Origin: Dehalococcoidia bacterium
Lineage (GTDB): Bacteria; Chloroflexota; Dehalococcoidia; Lucifugimonadales; VXLM01
Direction: 5' to 3'
NCBI GenBank assembly: GCA_963662435.1
Contig: OY759598.1
Location: 248,001 to 312,000, forward strand
Length of the DNA: 64,000 nucleotides
In this document: positions 17,966-27,505 of the stretch, in pieces
Position numbering within the stretch: position 1 is the first letter of the stretch
Layout: every line of letters starts with the position of its first letter
The notes under the pieces: generated by a model
Told to the model about the DNA's origin: nothing
The model's input: only the letters and a program-made list of their open reading frames with translations
The model's database searches: none
Translations under genes and position numbers: made by a program

Positions 17966-18625
17966 ATGGAACCCGCAGTAATAATACATAGACCAGTGGA
18001 AGTGGACGACCGGCTCTCCAGCTTAGGCCTTAGTCAAGCAATCCTACGGGAGGCTGTCATATTCGGTAGGAGTTACGCATGGGACATGACTGAGAACGAT
18101 CCACCTTCAAGCAAGGGAATGGTAGTTTGGGGGAAAACAACTCGAAAACTGAGGGAACTTCTGAAGCCCTATGAATGGCGACCGGAAAACCATGAAAGCT
18201 ATTCAACGACAGTACATCCATCAGGTCGATGGGCGATAGCCGTTGCAGCGGGCGATTGGCGAACAGGGTTGGAGAATGAGACACCGGAGACCCGCTCGAA
18301 GAAAGGTGCAGCGACAAAGACGGCCATTGCCCACAATCAAATGCGTTTTGGGCAGTTTGACCCAGCATGGGACGATGCGAAGAGTGGGAAAGACACTTGG
18401 TTACTACTGCACTATTTCGACTTTCAGTCGGGAGAGACTCGAGCTGAACTTTCCCTACCCCAGGGAATGAGCATAGCTGAGCACGTGTCAGCATGGCGAA
18501 AACGGCTCATCCTCTCCTGGCCTGATAGCTATGCTGTTGAGCCGCACGTTTTGCCCAATGACATTTCACCCTTTGGCGACGACCTGACTGATGAGGTTGA
18601 CGTTCCTGTCGTGGCCTTGCCATGA
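17966..18625 (+). CDS. Hypothetical protein, putative toxin of a RosmerTA-like pair
   Basis: ORF downstream of the promoter with RBS GGAAGAGAG. Its stop overlaps the start (ATGA) of the XRE-ImmA gene. Acidic C-terminal tail. Confidence 0.6.
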   Translation: MEPAVIIHRPVEVDDRLSSLGLSQAILREAVIFGRSYAWDMTENDPPSSKGMVVWGKTTRKLRELLKPYEWRPENHESYSTTVHPSGRWAIAVAAGDWRTGLENETPETRSKKGAATKTAIAHNQMRFGQFDPAWDDAKSGKDTWLLLHYFDFQSGETRAELSLPQGMSIAEHVSAWRKRLILSWPDSYAVEPHVLPNDISPFGDDLTDEVDVPVVALP

Positions 18626-19770
18626 ATAAGGAGTCATTCAACCCAACCAGACTCGACCTTGCGCGAAGGCGACGCGGGATGACTAAGAAGGCTTTAGCGG
18701 AGTCGGCAAACATGTCGCCTGTGAGCTTGGCAAGATACTTTGTAGGAGTGCGGAATCCTGCTCCCGACACGGTCGCCAGGTTCGCCGAAATTCTACGGTT
18801 CCCTAAAGGGTTCTTTTACGGTTCCACACTAGCCGAACCACCTCTGGAAGGAGCCAGTTTTCGTGCACTTAGCACGTTGACCGCGAGACTGAGGGACCAG
18901 GCAATCGCTGCCGGGGCAATTGGTATTATCTTGTCCGATTGGATCGACGAGCGGTTTTCTCTACCCAAGCCCCAAGTCCCTCAGTTTGATGGAGTTGACC
19001 CTGAGGCCGCCGCGATGGAAGTCCGTTCAGCGTGGGGCATCGGCGAACGCCCAATCCGCAACACCATTCACTTACTTGAACTTCATGGCGTCCGTGTATT
19101 TGCACTCGCGGCTGAGTCAGCTGTAGTCGATGCTTACTCCTTTTGGAGAAACGACACTCCCTACATTTTCCTAAACACTGGTAAGTCGGCAGAGCGGAGC
19201 CGTATGGACGCAGCCCACGAACTCGGTCATCTAGTACTTCATTGGAAGAGCGGGTCGCAGAGGAACCGACTGGCAGAGAAGGAAGCCCACGAGTTTGGCG
19301 CATCCTTATTGATGCCTCGTAGCAGTGTGTTAGCCCGTATGGCATGGGGGGGCAACATAGACGAAATCATCAGGGCCAAACGCTACTGGATCGTGTCTGT
19401 CGCCAATCTGGCCTACAGATTACATTCCCTCAAACTGTTGACCGACTACCAATACCGCCAGGTGTTCATCGAAATGGGAAGGCGCAACATTCGGCAGAAA
19501 GAACCGCAAGCAGCACCGCGAGAGAGGTCGCAGGTCTTTGAAAAGGTTCTTCAGCACCTGAGAGCTAATAAAATTACAATTTCACAAGTAGCCAAAGATC
19601 TAGCGCTACATTCCGAGGAGTTGGGGCTACTCTTGTCTGAACTTGTGCGCTCTCCGGTGGCGATTGGCTATCCCGGTTCGGCCTATGGCGCTCACTCAGC
19701 AACGACACCACCTGAACCATCCAAGGGAGCCGGTCGAATTGTACCAATTAATGACTGGCAACCTTCCTGA
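18622..19770 (+). CDS. XRE-HTH plus ImmA/IrrE Zn-metallopeptidase (RmrA-like antitoxin/regulator)
   Basis: FNPTRLDLARRRRGMTKKALA HTH, SFRALS, and AHELGH (HExxH) followed by EKEAHEF..LLMP. Confidence 0.9.
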   Translation: MNKESFNPTRLDLARRRRGMTKKALAESANMSPVSLARYFVGVRNPAPDTVARFAEILRFPKGFFYGSTLAEPPLEGASFRALSTLTARLRDQAIAAGAIGIILSDWIDERFSLPKPQVPQFDGVDPEAAAMEVRSAWGIGERPIRNTIHLLELHGVRVFALAAESAVVDAYSFWRNDTPYIFLNTGKSAERSRMDAAHELGHLVLHWKSGSQRNRLAEKEAHEFGASLLMPRSSVLARMAWGGNIDEIIRAKRYWIVSVANLAYRLHSLKLLTDYQYRQVFIEMGRRNIRQKEPQAAPRERSQVFEKVLQHLRANKITISQVAKDLALHSEELGLLLSELVRSPVAIGYPGSAYGAHSATTPPEPSKGAGRIVPINDWQPS

Positions 19771-19784
19771 CAAGCGCCTATACC

Positions 19785-19813
19785 TTGACGCTCTCTGCGG
19801 GCCCGCTTATACT
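19785..19813 (+). promoter_or_regulatory. Sigma70-type promoter of the trp operon leader
   Basis: TTGACG 19785-19790, 17-bp spacer, TATACT 19808-19813. Confidence 0.75.
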
Positions 19814-19834
19814 TGCACTTAAGCGAATACATAC

Positions 19835-20119
19835 AGGCAGCGAACAGGAGTAGTAGGTCTCCGGCGACGCTCAGAGAACCGGGTTAGGTGAGAGCCGGTG
19901 CGCACGCAGAGACTGAATGGACCTGGGAGCCTCCATCCGAATCCCTAGAAGCAGGGCGGTAGGCGTGGACGGAGAGGGCAACCGTTATCCGGGCCCGGGG
20001 CATTTACGGCTCAAACTTGAGCCCGCGTGCCTGACAAAGGTCTTCCGGCTCATGGCCGGATGACGAAGAAGGGTGGCACCACGGTATTAACCCGTCCCTC
20101 CATTGGGATGGGTTTTTTT
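19835..20119 (+). ncRNA. T-box riboswitch, Trp specifier
   Basis: Stem I AGGC..GCCT with AGTA, AGAGA and GGTGAGA boxes. Specifier GAA-TGG at 19918-19920. CCGTTA stem IIA/B. T-box AGGGTGGCACCACGG..CCGTCCCT. Lies upstream of trpS. Confidence 0.95.
20089..20119 (+). terminator. Intrinsic terminator of the T-box leader
   Basis: AACCCGTCCC-TCCATT-GGGATGGGTT followed by a T run. Confidence 0.9.
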
Positions 20120-20187
20120 GTATGTGTGGAAAACTTGAGGCCGGGAGGATACAGCCGATGGGACGCACCGGCGCATCGTTGTGGTGA

Positions 20188-20295
20188 ATGGACAAACTTG
20201 ACGTTCGCTCCCGTATCGGGAGTGAGCTTGTCCAAGTGCGCTCATGGTTCGACAGGCTCACCATGAACGGAGATGTGGGCAGGCTCACCAAGAAC
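20188..20295. repeat. TTCGACAGGCTCAC-type palindromic repeat in the trp leader
   Basis: GTGAGCTTGTC..GGTTCGACAGGCTCACCATGAACGG. Related copies at about 32300-32327 and 58745-58785. Confidence 0.6.
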
Positions 20296-20357
20296 ATGAA
20301 TCGTGGGGACTTTGACGTCCGCCGAGTGCACCACAACGAAAGGAAGTTTCGAATACC

Positions 20358-21422
20358 ATGCAAGCTGAAACTCTTACCATCGAAGACGCAGGCAGAGGCA
20401 CCCGCAAGAAGCGAGTCCTGAGTGGCATACAGCCGTCGGGCGACCTGCACCTCGGCAACTATCTCGGTGCGATCAAACGTTGGGTCGAGCGGCAGTACGA
20501 GAAGGAGAACTACTTTTGTATAGTCGATCTGCACGCGATAACGCTGCCGCATGAACCGGCCGCTCTGCATCACCGCACGAGGGCGGTTGCGGCGCTGTAC
20601 ATCGCGTCCGGGCTCGACCCCGACCACTGCCCAATCTTCATCCAGAGCCACCTGACCGCTCATTCCGAGGCTTGCTGGCTCCTGAGCTGCGTTACTCCGC
20701 TCGGCTGGCTCGAACGCATGACGCAGTACAAGGACAAGGCCGGCCGCTCCGACAGCAGCGAGCGCATTTCGACTGGGCTGCTCGCGTACCCCGTCCTGAT
20801 GGCGTGCGACATCCTCCTGTACAGCGCCAATGAGGTGCCGGTAGGGGAGGACCAGAAGCAGCATGTCGAGCTTTCGCGCGACATCGCACAGCGATTCAAC
20901 CACCTGTTCGGCGAGACGTTCGTCGTACCGGAGCCGGTTATCCCGGAGATCGGCGCGCGCGTCATGGGGTTCGACGACCCTACCCGAAAGATGTCGAAGA
21001 GCTACGAGCACATTCGCGGCCACCTGGTCAAGATGGTCGACGAGCCGAAGGAGATCGAGCGGACGATCAAGCGCGCCGTGACCGATTCGGGGAACGAGAT
21101 CGTATTCTCGGACGACCCTGAAAAGGCCGGCGTCAATAACCTCCTCGGCATCTACCAGGTAATCACCCAGAAGTCGCCGCAGCAGGTGGAAGCCGATTTC
21201 GCGAACGCGCGCGGCTATGGTGACCTCAAGAGCGCGGTGGCCGAGGTGGTCATCGAAGAGCTAAGGCCGATCCGCGAGCGGTACAACGAGATCATGGACG
21301 ATGTGACGGAGCTCGACCGCATCCTCGCGTACGGCGCCGACCGGGCGGGAGCGATGGCGAATGCCAAGCTGCTTGAAATGAAGGAGCGCATGGGCTTTGT
21401 CCTGCCGGGAGGTGGGACATGA
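20358..21422 (+). CDS. trpS: Tryptophan--tRNA ligase
   Basis: SGIQPSG, HLGN, VPVGEDQKQH, KMSKS. Confidence 0.97.
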   Translation: MQAETLTIEDAGRGTRKKRVLSGIQPSGDLHLGNYLGAIKRWVERQYEKENYFCIVDLHAITLPHEPAALHHRTRAVAALYIASGLDPDHCPIFIQSHLTAHSEACWLLSCVTPLGWLERMTQYKDKAGRSDSSERISTGLLAYPVLMACDILLYSANEVPVGEDQKQHVELSRDIAQRFNHLFGETFVVPEPVIPEIGARVMGFDDPTRKMSKSYEHIRGHLVKMVDEPKEIERTIKRAVTDSGNEIVFSDDPEKAGVNNLLGIYQVITQKSPQQVEADFANARGYGDLKSAVAEVVIEELRPIRERYNEIMDDVTELDRILAYGADRAGAMANAKLLEMKERMGFVLPGGGT

Positions 21423-22867
21423 GCGGCCCATACTACCCGAGCCTCGAAGAGGTCGAGCGCCTCGCCGACCAGGGCAACATGGTGCCGGTCTACCGCGAGG
21501 TCAGCGCAGACCTGGAAACGCCGGTCTCGGCCTACATCAAGGTGGCGCGTCCACCGTACTCGTTCCTGCTCGAGAGCGTTGAAGGCGGAGAGCACATTGC
21601 GCGGTACAGCTTCATCGGAACGGAGCCGCTCGGCGTGGTGAGGACAGGCGCCGGTGAGACGAACGGGACGATTGATCCCCTTATTCCCATACAGAAGACG
21701 ATGGACGCCTACAAGCTGGTGGCCATTCCCGACCTCGGTCCGTTCAACGGCGGCATGGTGGGATATATCTCCTACGACGCCGTGAAGTACTTCGAGCGGC
21801 TGCCGACGCCTGAAAACGACCCGGTCGACGTGCCGGAATCGGTGTTCATGATGACGACGACTTTCCTCATCTTCGACCACGTGCGGCAGATCATCCGCGT
21901 CGTAAGTCACGCGTTTCTTGACGGCGACGTGGAGGCTGCTTACAGGGATGCGATCGAGCGAATCGACGAGATCGTGGGACGGCTAGACGCGCCGCTTCAG
22001 GCTCCGCCCCGAATCACGAACGGTTCAGAGCCGTCCGACGTGACCTCAAACTTCACGCGAGAGGACTACGACCACATCGTCGAAAGCTGCAAGGAATACA
22101 TCTACGCCGGGGACATCATCCAGACCGTACCATCGCAACGGTTCTCGCGACCCACGACGGCGCACCCGCTGGCGATCTACCGTGCGCTGCGGGCGATCAA
22201 TCCCTCGCCCTACATGTACTACCTCGAATTTGACGACTTTCACATCGTGGGCGCTTCGCCGGAGGAGCTGGTCCGCGTTCGCGGCGGCATCGTAACCACC
22301 CGCCCCATTGCCGGGACCAAGCCGCGCGGCAAGACGAAGGAAGAGGACGACGAGAATGAGCTTCATCTGCTGGCCGACGAGAAGGAGCGCGCCGAGCACA
22401 TCATGCTCGTCGATCTCGGTCGCAACGACCTTGGTCGAGTCTGCAAGTCCGGCACCGTCGGCGTCACTGAGCTCATGATCGTCGAGCGGTATTCCCACGT
22501 CATGCACATCGTCTCCTATGTCCAGGGCGAGCTCCGAGACGACAAGACGGCATACGACGCCCTTCGTTCCTGCTTCCCCGCCGGAACACTGTCCGGCGCG
22601 CCGAAGATCCGCGCCATGGAGATCATCGCCGAGATGGAGTCCGACAGGCGCGGCCCCTATGGCGGCGCGGTCGGATACTTCGACCTTAATGGGAACATGG
22701 ACACGGCGATCACCATCAGGATGATGGTCATCAAGGATGGTGTCGCGCACGTGCAGGCGGGAGGCGGCATAGTCTTCGACAGCGTGCCCGAGACCGAGTA
22801 CGAGGAGACCATTCACAAGGCTTCCGCCGTGCTGCGGGCAATCGAGCGCGCAGAGCAGGGAGGCTGA
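21419..22867 (+). CDS. trpE: Anthranilate synthase component I
   Basis: FLLES, NPSPYMY, PIAGT, EHIMLVDLGRND, GTLSGAPK. Confidence 0.96.
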   Translation: MSGPYYPSLEEVERLADQGNMVPVYREVSADLETPVSAYIKVARPPYSFLLESVEGGEHIARYSFIGTEPLGVVRTGAGETNGTIDPLIPIQKTMDAYKLVAIPDLGPFNGGMVGYISYDAVKYFERLPTPENDPVDVPESVFMMTTTFLIFDHVRQIIRVVSHAFLDGDVEAAYRDAIERIDEIVGRLDAPLQAPPRITNGSEPSDVTSNFTREDYDHIVESCKEYIYAGDIIQTVPSQRFSRPTTAHPLAIYRALRAINPSPYMYYLEFDDFHIVGASPEELVRVRGGIVTTRPIAGTKPRGKTKEEDDENELHLLADEKERAEHIMLVDLGRNDLGRVCKSGTVGVTELMIVERYSHVMHIVSYVQGELRDDKTAYDALRSCFPAGTLSGAPKIRAMEIIAEMESDRRGPYGGAVGYFDLNGNMDTAITIRMMVIKDGVAHVQAGGGIVFDSVPETEYEETIHKASAVLRAIERAEQGG

Positions 22868-22872
22868 AAACC

Positions 22873-23436
22873 ATGATTCTCCTGATTGATAACTACGACA
22901 GCTTCACATACAACCTCTACCAGTACCTCTCCGAGCTCGGCGCGGATGTGCGCGTGGAGCGAAATGACCAAACGACTTTAGAAGACATCGACGCGATGGC
23001 ACCGGAGAAGATAGTCATATCTCCCGGCCCATGCACGCCGGAGCAGGCCGGAATTTCGAACGACGTCGTGCGCCACTTCGGCCAGACCGTTCCGACGCTA
23101 GGCGTGTGCCTGGGACACCAATGCATCGGCTACTCTTTCGGAGGCACGGTCGGGTATGCCGGTGAGATCATGCACGGCAAGACATCAATGATTCACCACG
23201 ACGGCGAGGGAGTGTTTGCGGGACTGCCGAACCCCTTTGAGGCCATCCGCTACCACTCGCTGGCAATAGACCCCATCGACGTTCCGCCCGACCTAAGGGT
23301 AACTGCATGGACGGATAAGGGTGTTATCATGGGGGTGCGACACACGACACAGCCGATCGAGGGGATCCAGTTCCATCCGGAGTCAATCATGACGAAAGTT
23401 GGCAAGGACCTGCTGAAGAACTTCCTCGACGCGTGA
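22873..23436 (+). CDS. trpG: Anthranilate synthase component II
   Basis: IDNYDSFT, SPGPC, GVCLGHQ, QFHPES. Confidence 0.95.
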   Translation: MILLIDNYDSFTYNLYQYLSELGADVRVERNDQTTLEDIDAMAPEKIVISPGPCTPEQAGISNDVVRHFGQTVPTLGVCLGHQCIGYSFGGTVGYAGEIMHGKTSMIHHDGEGVFAGLPNPFEAIRYHSLAIDPIDVPPDLRVTAWTDKGVIMGVRHTTQPIEGIQFHPESIMTKVGKDLLKNFLDA

Positions 23437-23443
23437 AGTAAAG

Positions 23444-23848
23444 ATGAAGATCACACAGGAACAATTGAATGAGCTAACCGACGAGCCGCTTCTGGCAGTC
23501 CTCTCGACCGTCAACCCCAGCGGGACGCCCCAGGCGACGCCCCCGTGGTACCACTACGACGGCGATTGCTTCGTGGTGACGTGCTTTGCGCACCGGGTAA
23601 AGGTTCGGAACATCCGACAGAACCCGAACGTAGTCTTAGTCGTTGTTGACAGCGTCAACAACGGAAAGGGACTGATCATTCGTGGCGTGGCGGAGATTGT
23701 GGAAGAAGGAGCCGAAGAAGCGACCGTGGTCAACGGAGTGAGGTACCTGGGCGAGGAGAAGGGTCGGGAAGCCGCAGCCGGATTGAACGCAATGGGCAGC
23801 AGGGTCGCGATCAGGATCAGGCCCGAAAGGATCATCTACGGCGATTGA
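23444..23848 (+). CDS. PPOX-class (pyridoxamine 5'-phosphate oxidase-like) F420/flavin-dependent protein
   Basis: LSTVNPSGTPQATPPW, KVRNIRQNPNV, terminal RIRPERI. Confidence 0.85.
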   Translation: MKITQEQLNELTDEPLLAVLSTVNPSGTPQATPPWYHYDGDCFVVTCFAHRVKVRNIRQNPNVVLVVVDSVNNGKGLIIRGVAEIVEEGAEEATVVNGVRYLGEEKGREAAAGLNAMGSRVAIRIRPERIIYGD

Positions 23849-23867
23849 AGAATGGAGGGGTAAGGCA

Positions 23868-24881
23868 GTGATTCAGGAAGCAATCGATAAACTCGTTTCG
23901 GGCTGTTCGTTGACACAAGAGTCGGCTGGGGACGCAATGCGAGAGATCATGGCCGGCGAGGCCACAGAGGCCCAGATTGGCTCCCTCGTGACCGCCCTCC
24001 GAATGAAGGGAGAGACCCCCGACGAGATCGCGGGCATGGCCAAGGTCATGAGAGAGTCTTCCTTGCACGTCGAAGTGGAAGGACCGCTGGTCGACACGGC
24101 GGGTACGGGAGGGGATTCCTCCAATACGTTCAACATCTCCACGACTGCCGCTTTCGTCATCGCGGGCGCGGGCGTACGAGTCGCCAAGCACGGCAACCGC
24201 GCGATGTCCGGTTCCACGGGCAGCGCCGATGTTCTGGAAGCGCTGGGCGTCAAGATCGACCTGAGCCCGGAAGGTGTCAAGGCCTGCCTGGAAATGGTCG
24301 GCATCGGCTTTATGTTCGCACAGGTCTTCCACCCCTCCATGAGGTTCGCCGCAGGCCCTCGCCGTGAAATCGGGATACGCACCGTCTTCAACCTGCTCGG
24401 ACCCCTCACCAATCCTGCGGGAGCCAAGTCGCAGCTCATCGGCGTCGCGAACCCTGAATTGGGAGAAAAGATGGCACACGTGCTGGGTATACTTGGTTCA
24501 GCTCACTCCCTCGTCGTACACGGCGCCGATGGATTGGACGAGATGACCCTCAGCGGCGAGAGCCACGTCTGGGAGTTGAAGGACGGAAACGTCGAGGCGT
24601 ACACCGTTACCCCCACCGACTTGGGGTTCGACAAGGTGCACAGCGGTGAGCTGCGGGTCAGCAGCGCGGACGAGAGCGCCAAGGTGCTCCGCGACGTGCT
24701 CAACGGCGCGGCAGGTCCGACACGAAACGTTGTCGTCGTAAACGCCGCCGCCGGACTGCTGGCCGTGGATCGCGTCAGGACGCTGAATCAGGGCGTCAAG
24801 GTCGCCTCGGAGTCGATCGACAGCGGCATCGCCCAAGCCAAGCTCGACGGTTTCATCGAATTTAGCCAGACACTCCAATAA
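23868..24881 (+). CDS. trpD: Anthranilate phosphoribosyltransferase
   Basis: DTAGTGGD, FNIST, KHGNR, GSAD, FNLLGPLTNP. Confidence 0.97.
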   Translation: MIQEAIDKLVSGCSLTQESAGDAMREIMAGEATEAQIGSLVTALRMKGETPDEIAGMAKVMRESSLHVEVEGPLVDTAGTGGDSSNTFNISTTAAFVIAGAGVRVAKHGNRAMSGSTGSADVLEALGVKIDLSPEGVKACLEMVGIGFMFAQVFHPSMRFAAGPRREIGIRTVFNLLGPLTNPAGAKSQLIGVANPELGEKMAHVLGILGSAHSLVVHGADGLDEMTLSGESHVWELKDGNVEAYTVTPTDLGFDKVHSGELRVSSADESAKVLRDVLNGAAGPTRNVVVVNAAAGLLAVDRVRTLNQGVKVASESIDSGIAQAKLDGFIEFSQTLQ

Positions 24882-24883
24882 CC

Positions 24884-25684
24884 ATGACCTCCAAGCTCGA
24901 TGTCCCCAGCGTCCTAACGCGCATCGTCGACGTGAAGCGGCGAGAGGTCGAGCGGCTGAAGGTAGAGTTGCCGCTGGCCAACCTGACGAAGCGCATCGAG
25001 GCCCAGACGTCCCCTCTCGATGCAAGAGCGGCCCTGCGCGGTGAACGCGTGGCCATCATTGCCGAGATCAAGAAGGCCTCTCCCGCCAAGGGTGTCCTCA
25101 TGCCGAACTTCGACTCCGGAGCGCTTGCCGCTGCGTACGTCAACAACGGCGCATCGGCGATATCGGTGCTCACGAACGTCGACCACTTTCAGGGGAGCAT
25201 CGAACATCTCGAGACTGCCCGAAGAATCGCCTATCCTTCAGGGATTCCCGTCCTCCGCAAGGAATTCATTTTCGACCCCTACCAGGTCTACGAGGCGCGG
25301 GCCTACGGCGCAGACCTTGTCCTGCTTATTGTCGCCATGCTCGACGCCGCAGACCTCCGCAGCTTGCACACACTCGTGCTCGACCTGGGAATGCAGTGTC
25401 TCGTCGAGGTCCACGACGAGGCGGAGTTGGATACGGCACTGGAGACCGGCGCGAAGATAGTCGGAATCAACAACCGTGATCTTCGCACCTTCAAGACCGA
25501 CATCGAGACGACCGAGCGTCTCGCGCCACTCATTTCCTCCGGGGAAACCATCGTAAGCGAGAGTGGGATAAACACCCCTGATGACATCCGCCGTGTCCGC
25601 GATGCCGGCGCTCACGCAGCCCTGATTGGCGAGGCCCTGGTGACATCCAGCGACCCCGGGGCGAAGCTCCGGGAACTCGTATGA
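24884..25684 (+). CDS. trpC: Indole-3-glycerol phosphate synthase
   Basis: IAEIKKASP, LRKEF, GINNRDL, SESGI, LIGE. Confidence 0.96.
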   Translation: MTSKLDVPSVLTRIVDVKRREVERLKVELPLANLTKRIEAQTSPLDARAALRGERVAIIAEIKKASPAKGVLMPNFDSGALAAAYVNNGASAISVLTNVDHFQGSIEHLETARRIAYPSGIPVLRKEFIFDPYQVYEARAYGADLVLLIVAMLDAADLRSLHTLVLDLGMQCLVEVHDEAELDTALETGAKIVGINNRDLRTFKTDIETTERLAPLISSGETIVSESGINTPDDIRRVRDAGAHAALIGEALVTSSDPGAKLRELV

Positions 25685-26364
25685 CGCGATTCAAGATCTG
25701 CGGACTGCGCGATGTCGAGTCGACCCTTGCGGCGGCAGATGCGGGGGCGGACTACATCGGTCTGAATTTCGTGCCGGGCGTTCGCCGGAGAATTTCGCTG
25801 GACCAGGGAAAGGCAATCGTCTCCCGTGTGTCTGAGAAGCTAGGCACTGATCGTCCCGGTCTGGTGGGCCTGTTCGCTGATCAGGACATCGATGAGGTGA
25901 ACGGGATCATCGAGGCGTGTGGCTTGGACTATGCCCAGCTTTGTGGATCCGAAGACGCCGACTACAGTGACCGGATCCAGGCGAATGTCATCAAGCAGGT
26001 CAAGGTGAAGCAACTCGCGTCAGAGCAAGAGACTATGGATGACATCCTTGCCCAGGTGAATGATGTCGTCTCTCGGGGCAACATGGCCCTACTCGATTCC
26101 TACAAGAAAGGCGCGCTGGGAGGCACCGGCCAGGCCTTCGACTGGGACATAGCCGCCCGTGTCGCGCAGGACTATGACGTAGTCCTGGCCGGCGGGCTTT
26201 CCCCAGACAACGTGGGGACGGCCATACGCAAGGTGTCGCCCTGGATGGTCGATGTTTCCTCAGGCGTCGAAACCAATGGCGTCAAGCACCATCGAAAGAT
26301 TCGCGCCTTCGCCGAGGCCGTCAGGTCGGCGGCAGGGAACGCGACTAGCCCTCCCTCGGTTTGA
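25681..26364 (+). CDS. trpF: Phosphoribosylanthranilate isomerase
   Basis: KICGL, GGTG..FDW, LAGGL, VDVSSGVE. Confidence 0.95.
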   Translation: MTRFKICGLRDVESTLAAADAGADYIGLNFVPGVRRRISLDQGKAIVSRVSEKLGTDRPGLVGLFADQDIDEVNGIIEACGLDYAQLCGSEDADYSDRIQANVIKQVKVKQLASEQETMDDILAQVNDVVSRGNMALLDSYKKGALGGTGQAFDWDIAARVAQDYDVVLAGGLSPDNVGTAIRKVSPWMVDVSSGVETNGVKHHRKIRAFAEAVRSAAGNATSPPSV

Positions 26365-27439
26365 ACAAGGGCTGCCGGGCCGCTCTATTTCTCTCCATCC
26401 GCGTGTTCGAGTCCTCCAGCGGGAGGGATACTCTCGCGCCCCCGCGCCTGTGTGATTCGATGAATCCGAAGATAAGCTCCGTGCTTGCGTAGGCCACGCG
26501 AACGCCGCCCCTTGTCGGCTCCCCCGTATCGAGCGAATGCACGATGTCCTCGATAAGCCTGAGTGTTGAACTCCGCTGGGGAAAGTCCGGGAACGCCCGA
26601 CGCAGAGTCAGCGCCCTGGCGTCATGGTCCTCCGGGTCTGCCACCCGGAAGTCCCATTCGCGGCCATCCCGAATCGATCTGAGCCGACCCCGTGTCCCGA
26701 CCGCCTCGCCCTCGCCGGACTGGTTGCTCAGTAGGGCGTAGATTGTGACGCCGTTTTCCAGCTTGATGATGCCCTCGCCCTTCGGATCTTCCCTTAGAAA
26801 ATCTCCCTCGAAGATGGAGTCGTCCTCAGCGAGATTGCCCTGCACCCAGCTCGCGGGAACATCGCCGCTCAGCCGCAACGCGAGATCGAGCGAGTGACTC
26901 GCCGCGTTGAAGAGATGGCCGTTGTTATACAAGATAATCGACTGGAGTTCGCCGATGCTCCCGTCGTCGATTATTTCCTTCATCTTGTCGTAGGCGAATT
27001 CCCATCGCCGGTTGGTGCCCAGATTGAAGGCCACGTTGTTGCGCTCGACCGCCTCCACCATCGCTCTCGCGTCGCTCATGGACGCCGCCATCGCCTTTTC
27101 GGCGTAGATGGCCTTCGCCCCGTGTTCGGCGGCGTAGATGACGATTTCTGCGCGATGCTCCGGCTGGGTCGCCACGCTGACGATGTCCGGCTTCTCCCTG
27201 TCGATCATCTCCTGATAGTCGGTGTAGAGGTGTTTGGACGGCACTCCGTAACGCTTGCCCGCCTGTTCCAGCACATCAGGACGCAGGTCAGAGCAGGCTA
27301 CGAGATCGGTGCGTTCGCAGGCCTCGTAGCCCGCCGCATGGGAGTAGGGCTGCCTGAAACGGGACGTGCCTCGCTGCTCGTTGTCGATGAACGCCCCCAT
27401 CCGACTGCACCCGACCAGCACCGCACGGTAGGTTTTCAT
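26345..27439 (-). CDS. Gfo/Idh/MocA family oxidoreductase
   Basis: VGCSRMG, PDIVSVAT, AEKAMA, NRRW. Confidence 0.9.
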   Translation of the reverse strand: MKTYRAVLVGCSRMGAFIDNEQRGTSRFRQPYSHAAGYEACERTDLVACSDLRPDVLEQAGKRYGVPSKHLYTDYQEMIDREKPDIVSVATQPEHRAEIVIYAAEHGAKAIYAEKAMAASMSDARAMVEAVERNNVAFNLGTNRRWEFAYDKMKEIIDDGSIGELQSIILYNNGHLFNAASHSLDLALRLSGDVPASWVQGNLAEDDSIFEGDFLREDPKGEGIIKLENGVTIYALLSNQSGEGEAVGTRGRLRSIRDGREWDFRVADPEDHDARALTLRRAFPDFPQRSSTLRLIEDIVHSLDTGEPTRGGVRVAYASTELIFGFIESHRRGGARVSLPLEDSNTRMERNRAARQPLFKPREG

Positions 27440-27505
27440 AACCATCTCTCCCTGCATGGAATGGCGTACAAGCGTACAGTCAACGAACTGCGACGTAAAG
27501 TGAGT

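Noticed and set aside
20004..21023. 339-aa antisense ORF and other long antisense ORFs (e.g. 4360-5238, 36559-37647, 39592-40728, 44397-45404)
   Set aside because: Shadow frames of well-supported genes in high-GC DNA, with no motifs.
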